Of a DNA stretch of 51,247 nucleotides, positions 7,418-13,618 are shown one piece after another (position 1 is the stretch's first letter; every line of letters starts with the position of its first letter). The translations under genes and the position numbers were made by a program. The notes beneath the pieces are model-generated. The model did not search any database and was not told the origin of the DNA. It was given only the letters and a program-made list of their open reading frames with translations. Where the stretch lies: contig JAGOTR010000003.1 in NCBI GenBank assembly GCA_018061685.1, forward strand, positions 1 through 51,247. Reading direction: 5' to 3'. Source of the stretch: Candidatus Magasanikiibacteriota bacterium. GTDB taxonomy: Bacteria > Patescibacteriota > Patescibacteriia > Magasanikbacterales > UBA922.

Positions 7418-9115
7418 ATGAACAGTAATAAGACTCTCGGAGAAAAGTCTCGCACTGCGGCGTGGAGCGTGGCCTATGCTCTTTCGCAGATCGTGCTTTT
7501 CCCATTCTACCTTTTGAGCGAGGTCGTGCACCAGGTGATCGTTGGGGTGTTTCAAACCCTGACGCAGACCTCGGTGTCGGTCTGGCAGCTCAAGGTGCAC
7601 GGCGAAACTCTGTATACCCCGCGTGCTGCCGTGTGGATCGGCAGCGCAGGCCTGCTCCTCTCGGTCATGGCCGTGGTGGAGCTTTTGTGCTGGGGCTGGC
7701 TGTTTCAGCCCATGATGGCGTACGCCGAGCCAATCCTCGGCATGTCGCCCACGGTCATGGCTGCTCTCATGATGGTGAGCTTCACGACGCTCATCATCTT
7801 GGTGGATCGGCTCATCCTCATCGCCGACAGCGTGGCGAAGTCATTTTTGACGGCTGTCGCAAGTGTCGGCGTGCGTGTTGCTATGATCGGCATTACCACC
7901 GCCATCATGGCCGAGCCGGCCACACAGGCTATGTTGGCTGGGCAAATTCAGGAGCATTTTGCCGCACAAGAAAGTGCCGTGCGGCAAGTGGCAATCGCAC
8001 AGGCGACCGCCAAAATTCAAGAAACCTCCGCCGTGGCGATTGACGCTGCGGACAAGCGGACGGTGACTGGAATTGCGGCTGTGCGGGTGAGCGTGAGCAC
8101 TGCTGGCCCCGAGGCTGATAAGGCCTGGGCTCGTTTGTGTATGCGTTGCCTCGATATCGCCAAGTGCGATAGTGCTCTGTACCGCAACGCCAAAGGCGGT
8201 GCATGCCCCGTACCAAGCCGTTCTCGTGGGGCTGCTGCCATTCGGCGTGATCTGAATGAAAAAATTGCAGCAGCCGATGCTGCGATTGCCGCTGCAACGC
8301 AAGGATCCGTTGATGCCCAGCTTGCCCAAGGCCGTGCGGTTGGGGAGGAAAACAACGGTCACGTCCGGTCTCTCGAGGCCAAACGTGATGCCGAGATTGC
8401 GGCTCTCGGTACCCTCACCACGCAAAGCCTGATCGAAAAATACGGCCTTGAACTGGTGGTGCCCCGCAACGACTTTGCGGGGCGAGTGCTGGCGAAGAGC
8501 GCTGTCATTAGCCAAACCCCCGAGTTTGGAGTGCTCAACACTATTGGGCATCTCATTTTCGTTCTGTTTGGCTTTGGTGTGCTCCTCTTCAAGTACGGCC
8601 TCATGCCGGTTGAATCACGCCTGTACTACTCGCTCAAGGCGCAGATGGCCACTGGCAACCCTGACGTGCTATCACTCCGACCCGCCTTGCGGGCTATTGG
8701 CGAACTTCCTCGCGAGGAAACTCACGAGGGGGTGGAAGATGCACTGCATCGCCACCTCGTCAATCTGCTGACACAGCATGCATTGCTGGTCGATCGGTTG
8801 GCCAGCAACTTTGCCCCGCCGCTTGATGATCGCAAGGCACAGGTGGAGCAGCACTGGACGCAGTACCTCTTGCCCCAGCTTCGGCTGTATCAGGGGTACA
8901 TCGCTCAGACTGGTAACAGCCACAGCTGGCCCGACGGGTATGCTGAAGCACTGGGTTTCACCCCAGAGCAAAAGCAAGACCCTTTCATGGGCCAGGCCGA
9001 GCGGTTCACTGTGGAGCAGTCGATTGTGGCAGTGCCTCCTCCACAAGAGGAACGTGCGCCACTGGCACGGGTTGTTGATTTTTTTCGGGGAGGCCGTTCT
9101 TCCCCGCGTTCTTGA
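7418..9115 (+). CDS. Island gene 1: polytopic membrane protein with a central Ala-rich coiled coil (possibly DUF4407-like; unverified)
   Basis: ORF 7277..9115 trimmed to ATG 7418 (MNSNKTLGEK...), preceded by GAAGGA 7 nt upstream. About four N-terminal hydrophobic helices (e.g. AAWSVAYALSQIVLFPFYLL, VWIGSAGLLLSVMAVVELLCWGWLF). An Ala/Gln-rich helical stretch QAMLAGQIQEHFAAQESAVRQVAIAQATAKIQE...AADAAIAAATQ. A further TM helix IGHLIFVLFGFGVLLFKYGLM, then a soluble tail of about 150 aa. Stop is TGA. Confidence 0.7.
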   Translation: MNSNKTLGEKSRTAAWSVAYALSQIVLFPFYLLSEVVHQVIVGVFQTLTQTSVSVWQLKVHGETLYTPRAAVWIGSAGLLLSVMAVVELLCWGWLFQPMMAYAEPILGMSPTVMAALMMVSFTTLIILVDRLILIADSVAKSFLTAVASVGVRVAMIGITTAIMAEPATQAMLAGQIQEHFAAQESAVRQVAIAQATAKIQETSAVAIDAADKRTVTGIAAVRVSVSTAGPEADKAWARLCMRCLDIAKCDSALYRNAKGGACPVPSRSRGAAAIRRDLNEKIAAADAAIAAATQGSVDAQLAQGRAVGEENNGHVRSLEAKRDAEIAALGTLTTQSLIEKYGLELVVPRNDFAGRVLAKSAVISQTPEFGVLNTIGHLIFVLFGFGVLLFKYGLMPVESRLYYSLKAQMATGNPDVLSLRPALRAIGELPREETHEGVEDALHRHLVNLLTQHALLVDRLASNFAPPLDDRKAQVEQHWTQYLLPQLRLYQGYIAQTGNSHSWPDGYAEALGFTPEQKQDPFMGQAERFTVEQSIVAVPPPQEERAPLARVVDFFRGGRSSPRS

Positions 9116-9137
9116 TTCACCCCACCAAAAAATTCTC

Positions 9138-9173
9138 GGGAGTCTCTCACTTTGGCCAAGTGACGAGACTCCC
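9138..9173 (+). terminator. Hairpin without a U-tail after island gene 1
   Basis: GGGAGTCTC-TCAC...GTGA-C-GAGACTCCC: 9 + 4 bp, followed by ACCCCCC rather than a T-run. Confidence 0.45.
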
Positions 9174-9233
9174 ACCCCCCACAAGTCGCGTGATTTTTTT
9201 AAAATCGTGCGTTTTGATAAGGGGGTTTTTTTA

Positions 9234-9263
9234 TTGACAAAAAGTCTATTTTCTGCATTAAAT
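9234..9263 (+). promoter_or_regulatory. Candidate promoter of island gene 2 (TTTTTTTATTGACAAAA module)
   Basis: -35 TTGACA (9234-9239), 18-nt spacer, -10 TTAAAT, with a T7 run immediately upstream. Confidence 0.45.
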
Positions 9264-9303
9264 AGTGCATCGGAATCATCCGATAAAAACATAGGAGTTT
9301 GTC

Positions 9304-9987
9304 ATGGAAATTTTGTGGGTTTCCAAGTCTCATGAGCCACCTCTTCCCATTCAAATTCAGGCGCTTACCACGCTGAAGGGGCAACGACGGGTGCAGATAG
9401 ATCATCGGCACATCGAGAATGCCCAAGTGCTTGCTCGGGAATTTCGTCAAGGGGGGTATGGAGACCTGGTGTGCATAGCTCCTCAATCGGTGATGGCGCG
9501 GATTACACAGGAAGGGGTTCATCCTCTCCGCCCGTGTATGACCTATACCGCCCCCACGATCGGAGGTCGGCGTGCACCGGACTTGCGGCTTCCAAACGGC
9601 AACTTTTGGTTTAGTCACTTTGAGCGAGTAGAAAAAGTTGCGCTCAATCTGGTTGCCGTGCATCCAGCCACTGATGTGCGTCGAGTGTTGCGAATCACGC
9701 GACACCTATTGCAACGACCCGAAGAAGCGGCACTGAAACACGTGTTTGGTCCTCGCGTGGTGATTGAAACGTTGCAACCCACTGAATCATCTATGAGCGC
9801 TGAGTGGGTGATTCAACAGGCAAATCAATACCGTGCCACAGAGGTGGTGTTGGTAGCCCCGTGGGCAGTGTATAAGTTTTTGGCAGAGCGCGGCTGCTTT
9901 GCCTTATATTCACAGTTTGACCCGGCCAATCGGTTTGTGGCTCTGTGGCGCTGTTTGGGCGTTGAGGAACGCGTGACCCGCGTGTAA
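9304..9987 (+). CDS. Island gene 2: unknown protein, paralogue A, internally duplicated alpha/beta unit
   Basis: 227-aa ORF with AGGAG 6 nt upstream of the ATG. Clearly paralogous to 10203..10892 through shared blocks: LW.S, HI.NAQ.LAR.FR..GY.DLVCI.P..VM, PDL, WF, RVLRITRH, AL...FG, IET, VVLVAPW.V.K.LA.RG, LY.Q.D...RFVALWRC.G. Confidence 0.75.
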   Translation: MEILWVSKSHEPPLPIQIQALTTLKGQRRVQIDHRHIENAQVLAREFRQGGYGDLVCIAPQSVMARITQEGVHPLRPCMTYTAPTIGGRRAPDLRLPNGNFWFSHFERVEKVALNLVAVHPATDVRRVLRITRHLLQRPEEAALKHVFGPRVVIETLQPTESSMSAEWVIQQANQYRATEVVLVAPWAVYKFLAERGCFALYSQFDPANRFVALWRCLGVEERVTRV

Positions 9988-10002
9988 CTGGAGGGTGTAT
10001 TG

Positions 10003-10038
10003 TGATGAGGAAAGAGAGCCGTTCAGCTTTCCTCATCA
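10003..10038 (+). terminator. Hairpin without a U-tail after island gene 2
   Basis: TGATGAGGAAAG-12 nt-CTTTCCTCATCA, a perfect 12-bp stem. Confidence 0.45.
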
Positions 10039-10094
10039 CATATACCAAATAATATACCAGCACGTTCGTTCATGCTTTTAGATTTTTTTATACA

Positions 10095-10119
10095 CCTTGC
10101 TTTGCCAAGGCTTTTTTTT
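10095..10119 (+). terminator. Short hairpin plus T8 run just before the next promoter
   Basis: CCTTG-CTTTGC-CAAGG-C-TTTTTTTT. The stem is only 5 bp. Confidence 0.35.
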
Positions 10120-10120
10120 A

Positions 10121-10149
10121 TTGACAAAATATATCTTTTCTTGTATGTA
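10121..10149 (+). promoter_or_regulatory. Candidate promoter of island gene 3 (TTTTTTTTATTGACAAAA module)
   Basis: -35 TTGACA (10121-10126), 17-nt spacer, -10 TATGTA. Confidence 0.4.
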
Positions 10150-10202
10150 TATATCCTTCAGCATTCTTTTGTTTTTTCAAAAAAACCAACGGAGAAGAAT
10201 CC

Positions 10203-10892
10203 ATGAACGTTTTGTGGGGTTCACAACGACGAGGACCTGTGCCTGCTGAAATTGCTGCAATCAAGGCAATCTTTGGTACTGCTGTCCGCATCCATGAACA
10301 GCATATTCCAAACGCGCAAAATTTGGCACGCACATTTCGGCGTGAGGGGTATACTGATCTAGTATGCATTGTGCCCGATGCTGTGATGGGGCATATTTGT
10401 GAACAAGGTCTGCGTCCATTGGTCCCTGTTTTGACTTCTAGTACACAGGGAATTCGACAGCCGGACTTGGTAGATAAACATACGAATATGTGGTTTGACC
10501 GATTTGTTCGTATGAAAGAAGTGTCATTGATACTTCGGCCTGTTGAACGGCGGACCGATGTCACCCGTGTGTTGCGGATTACGCGACATGCTGTATCTCG
10601 AGAAGAACGAGATGCACTGCGGGGACTGTTTGGTGATACCATCCAGATTGAGACGATTTCTGGTGAGGACGCCTTTCTCGATGCTGGATATGTGGTAGCC
10701 AAAACACGGCAGCATGGTGCACAAGATGTTGTCTTGGTTGCACCGTGGGTTGTGTTTAAGAGCTTGGCCACTCGCGGCTATTATCCACTGTATGTGCAGT
10801 GTGATGATACTGGCCGTTTTGTTGCTTTGTGGCGATGTTATGGCTTGAAACAGGTGAGCATTTCGATCACCGACCCGCCGGATACTCGCTAG
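10203..10892 (+). CDS. Island gene 3: unknown protein, paralogue B of 9304..9987
   Basis: 229-aa ORF with GGAG 8 nt upstream of the ATG. Paralogy as described for gene 2. It looks less GC-rich than paralogue A (by eye). Confidence 0.75.
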   Translation: MNVLWGSQRRGPVPAEIAAIKAIFGTAVRIHEQHIPNAQNLARTFRREGYTDLVCIVPDAVMGHICEQGLRPLVPVLTSSTQGIRQPDLVDKHTNMWFDRFVRMKEVSLILRPVERRTDVTRVLRITRHAVSREERDALRGLFGDTIQIETISGEDAFLDAGYVVAKTRQHGAQDVVLVAPWVVFKSLATRGYYPLYVQCDDTGRFVALWRCYGLKQVSISITDPPDTR

Positions 10893-10904
10893 GTAGGAGT
10901 GCTT

Positions 10905-10935
10905 GGTGGAAGAGTTTGCTAAAAACTCTTCCACC
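10905..10935 (+). terminator. Hairpin without a U-tail after island gene 3
   Basis: GGTGGAAGAGTTT-GCTAA-AAACTCTTCCACC, a perfect 13-bp stem. Confidence 0.45.
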
Positions 10936-10970
10936 ACACAAACGTATTGGATTCAATATAACAATAATAG

Positions 10971-10993
10971 AAAGACTTGAAAGGTCTTTTTTT
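10971..10993 (+). terminator. Short hairpin plus T-run just before the next promoter
   Basis: AAAGAC-TTGAAAG-GTCTTT-TTTT. Confidence 0.4.
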
Positions 10994-10996
10994 GTA

Positions 10997-11025
10997 TTGA
11001 CAAAAATAGGTATGTAGTATATTCT
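10997..11025 (+). promoter_or_regulatory. Candidate promoter of island gene 4 (TTTTTTTGTATTGACAAAA module)
   Basis: -35 TTGACA (10997-11002), 17-nt spacer, -10 TATTCT. Confidence 0.45.
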
Positions 11026-11102
11026 CGAGTGCTCTCCACAGGTCTGTGGCAGAGTGAAACTTCAGAATTGGGGTACACACACCCCAAGAAAGGAAAAAAG
11101 CC

Positions 11103-11498
11103 ATGAATTGGCTTACGTATATGTTGTTCGGTTTGTTTCTCCTTGTGGCGGGTTGTGGGGGAACCTCTCTTCGGCCGGAACCACAGTGGGATCGAGGGAT
11201 CGCCTACCACCAGGACGATCGCGCTGCCGGGCAGCGCGAGCACGACATCAGCAACTATCCCGATCAGGCGGGCTTCCAGGCCCGGCTGGCCGCCCATGTG
11301 TCGGCCGTCAACCGGGTCAACGCAGGAGGAGAAGCGCCGCCGTGCTTTGGCAACTGGTGCCAAGGCAAGGCTTACTCTTCCGAGGCACTCCTCACGGGCA
11401 ACCTGATTTACGCGTTTTGTTTGCGAGATCAGCGCTTCCCTGAAGATGTTTGTCGGCGTGAAGCGAAGGGGCGGGCGGACGGCATTGGCGTCAAATAG
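11103..11498 (+). CDS. Island gene 4: small lipoprotein with four additional Cys
   Basis: 131 aa with AAGGAAA upstream of the ATG. Signal peptide MNWLTYMLFGLFLLVAGC has a canonical lipobox (V-A-G-C). Mature part has CFGNWC and FC...VC pairs. Preferred over overlapping frames 11054..11443 and 11143..11406, which lack start signals. Confidence 0.7.
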   Translation: MNWLTYMLFGLFLLVAGCGGTSLRPEPQWDRGIAYHQDDRAAGQREHDISNYPDQAGFQARLAAHVSAVNRVNAGGEAPPCFGNWCQGKAYSSEALLTGNLIYAFCLRDQRFPEDVCRREAKGRADGIGVK

Positions 11499-11543
11499 GT
11501 CGAGGATTTGAGGTAGGATTGCCTCTGCCCTCGTGAACATCGT

Positions 11544-11579
11544 GGTCCCCGCATTTTTGAAATACAAAATGCGGGGGCC
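11544..11579 (+). terminator. Hairpin without a U-tail after island gene 4
   Basis: GGTCCCCGCATTTT-8 nt-AAAATGCGGGGGCC, about 14 bp. Confidence 0.45.
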
Positions 11580-11605
11580 TCAAAACAACCGGTTGAGTAT
11601 AGGTA

Positions 11606-11632
11606 AAAGACTTTTTGTAAGAGTCTTTTTTT
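11606..11632 (+). terminator. Short hairpin plus T-run
   Basis: AAAGACT-TTTTGTAAG-AGTCTTT-TTTT. Confidence 0.45.
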
Positions 11633-11672
11633 ATTCCGTTCATGTTCCCTATTCTAGGGGGAGGGTTTTACC

Positions 11673-11701
11673 TTGACAAATTATTCAAAATCCGCTAGGC
11701 T
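11673..11701 (+). promoter_or_regulatory. Candidate promoter of island gene 5
   Basis: -35 TTGACA (11673-11678), 17-nt spacer, -10 TAGGCT. Confidence 0.35.
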
Positions 11702-11783
11702 GGGCTACTCCTTTGCGTGCAGTACGCAGTAAGGAGAATTCACAACGTGGGTCTGGGAGACCCCAAAAAAAGGAGAGTGCCGT

Positions 11784-12251
11784 ATGGAACGGCTCAGCAT
11801 GTGGTTTTTGTTTCTGTTCGGTTTCTTGACCGTGGGCTGCGGCGCACAGCCGGTCAAGATTGAGTACGTCCCGTGCCAGATGTGCCCGGCGGGCGTGGGA
11901 CTCGAGCGGGCCCATAAGCCTGTGGTCGAGAAGGACCAGTGTCCTCCCGCCGCGCAGAGCGCCTTCGGAACCAAGCAGGGGGCTCTCGCGGGACGGCTCT
12001 CGGAGGCGATCGCCGATCGCCCGGTTAATCGGGAGAACGGACCGACAGCGTGGATGCCTGTGTCCATGGCGCCCACTTCGCATCATGAGGTCCTGGTCAT
12101 GGGCCTCAAGGAGGCGAAGGACTGCCTCAAGAGGCAACGTGAAAAGGGGCGCAAGGTGACCCAGGCGGTGATCGAGTGGTGCAACCGTATCGCCCGACTC
12201 ACCGACGACGGGAAGCGCGTCCGACCGGAGGCCATGACTCCGCCCGACTGA
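11784..12251 (+). CDS. Island gene 5: lipoprotein with several Cys and a basic C-terminal helix
   Basis: 155 aa with AGGAGA 7 nt upstream of the ATG. Signal peptide MERLSMWFLFLFGFLTVGC (lipobox-compatible). Cys residues at VPCQMCP, DQCPP, KDCLK and EWCNR. Stop is TGA. Confidence 0.65.
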   Translation: MERLSMWFLFLFGFLTVGCGAQPVKIEYVPCQMCPAGVGLERAHKPVVEKDQCPPAAQSAFGTKQGALAGRLSEAIADRPVNRENGPTAWMPVSMAPTSHHEVLVMGLKEAKDCLKRQREKGRKVTQAVIEWCNRIARLTDDGKRVRPEAMTPPD

Positions 12252-12270
12252 CGCACCACCCTGAACCTTT

Positions 12271-12316
12271 GAATCACTCCAGATTTTTGCCCTAGGCAAC
12301 TATTCTGGAGTGGTTC
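12271..12316 (+). terminator. Long hairpin after island gene 5
   Basis: CACTCCAGA (12275-12283) pairs with TCTGGAGTG (12304-12312). Outer GAA/TTC extends the stem. The loop is 20 nt. Confidence 0.4.
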
Positions 12317-12347
12317 AACAATATCTTCGAAATTTGTTTGTATGTGT

Positions 12348-12370
12348 ATCTCTTAATAGAGATTTTTTTT
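12348..12370 (+). terminator. Intrinsic terminator closing the island
   Basis: ATCTCT-TAAT-AGAGAT followed by T8. Confidence 0.5.
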
Positions 12371-12413
12371 ATATATACAATTTTTTAATACGCCATGATA
12401 CACTGATGGGTAT

Positions 12414-13532
12414 ATGACTATCGGCATCGACGCACGCATGCTGGGCAAAGGCTTTGGCCTGGCTCGGTATGTAGAACAATTACTTATACATCTTTTCGCT
12501 ATTGACCATACCAATACCTATGTTTTGTTTGTGCAAAAAAGTACTGTGTTTTTAGAAGTAGGCATACAGCTTCCCGCATCTGCTCGCATTGTCGAGTGCA
12601 CCATACCGTGGTATTCGTTCAAAGAACAAGTGTCTTTTTCACACATTATAAAAAAAGAACAGGTCGACCTTATGCACTTTCCTCATTGGAACGTGCCACT
12701 TCTCTACAACGATCCATTTATTGTTACGATTCACGATCTCATCATGTATCATTTTCCACGACCCGAAGCCACCACACTTGGCCCCGCAAAATTTTGGCTC
12801 AAAGACAAAGTGCATCGGCAGGTGGTAAAACATGCGGTGAATAAGGCCAAGCATAGTATTGTCACATCTGAATTTACTAAACATGATGTGCATACCACAC
12901 TCGGCGTGCCACACAATCGTATGACGGTCACCTATCAGGCACCGTTTCCCATTTCCTCCTCACCACTTCCAAAAGAAACAATCCACCGGTACGGTATATA
13001 TAAGCCATACATTTTATACGTCGGAGCGGCCTATCCTCATAAAAATATAGAAACATTAGTGGACGCATGGCAGCAGTATGTAGAAGAGTATGGCGATACA
13101 TACAATTTGGTATTGGCTGGCAAAAAGAATTATTTTTACGAACGATTGCTTTCTCGTATTGGTGACGTGCCATCGATTACGTTTACTGATTTTGTGGAAG
13201 ACGATGTATTGGATGTGCTGTATCGAGAGGCACACGCATTTGTATTCCCCAGTTTATACGAAGGGTTTGGCTTGCCTCCACTTGAAGCCATAGCGCGGGG
13301 TATTCCGGTACTTGCCTCAAGTCATACGTGTTTGCCCGAAGTGTTAGGCGAAGCAGCGTTGTATGTTGACGCACAAAGTACTGAGCAACTCGTTTCTGGT
13401 ATACACACTATTCTTACCGATGAGTATGTTCGGTCTAGTTTGATGCAACAGGGGAGAGAAGAACTAAAACGCTATTCGTGGCAGCGCTTAGCAGAAGAGA
13501 CGTATGGGGTATATATGACCTATGGGTCATAA
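12414..13532 (+). CDS. Glycosyltransferase family 4 (group 1)
   Basis: 372 aa, MTIGIDARMLGKGFGLARY...; motifs ILYVGAAYPHKN and PSLYEGFGLPPLEAIARGIPVLASSHTCLPEVLGEAALYVD. Confidence 0.85.
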   Translation: MTIGIDARMLGKGFGLARYVEQLLIHLFAIDHTNTYVLFVQKSTVFLEVGIQLPASARIVECTIPWYSFKEQVSFSHIIKKEQVDLMHFPHWNVPLLYNDPFIVTIHDLIMYHFPRPEATTLGPAKFWLKDKVHRQVVKHAVNKAKHSIVTSEFTKHDVHTTLGVPHNRMTVTYQAPFPISSSPLPKETIHRYGIYKPYILYVGAAYPHKNIETLVDAWQQYVEEYGDTYNLVLAGKKNYFYERLLSRIGDVPSITFTDFVEDDVLDVLYREAHAFVFPSLYEGFGLPPLEAIARGIPVLASSHTCLPEVLGEAALYVDAQSTEQLVSGIHTILTDEYVRSSLMQQGREELKRYSWQRLAEETYGVYMTYGS

Positions 13533-13562
13533 TACGAGATTGATCGATTCGATGGGGGAGTG

Positions 13563-13591
13563 TTGATTCTTATCTACTATAATGCTATACT
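13563..13591 (+). promoter_or_regulatory. Candidate promoter of yidC
   Basis: TTGATT, 17-nt spacer, TATACT. Confidence 0.4.
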
Positions 13592-13618
13592 GCTACCGCT
13601 TATATTTAACCATTCTGT

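Noticed and set aside
7462-12299. Long alternative-frame and antisense ORFs in the GC-rich island (e.g. 7462..8043 +, 7841..8551 -, 8672..9292 -, 10118..10771 -, 10953..11567 -, 11685..12299 -)
   Set aside because: Stop-poor shadow frames are typical of high-GC DNA. They lack SD/ATG contexts and they cross the hairpin/promoter spacers. The chosen plus-strand frames have SD sites, signal peptides, paralogy and correctly oriented promoters and terminators.
7228-12413. Island as an integron-type cassette array
   Set aside because: Each ORF is followed by a hairpin, but the hairpins share no attC-like R/L core (no GTTRRRY ends). Each gene has its own promoter, and no intI-like gene is present in the window.
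7228-12413. Island as a prophage lysis cassette (holin plus spanin lipoproteins)
   Set aside because: There is no endolysin and there are no phage structural, replication or integrase genes. The membrane protein is far larger than holins. Two separately promoted lipoproteins do not match embedded or overlapping spanin gene layouts.
7228-12413. Island as an assembly chimera from a co-binned high-GC organism
   Set aside because: The AT-rich spacers inside the island carry the same T-run/TTGACA module style seen at host promoters (17308, 27600). Both junctions fall in ordinary intergenic terminator regions. It cannot be fully excluded without reads.
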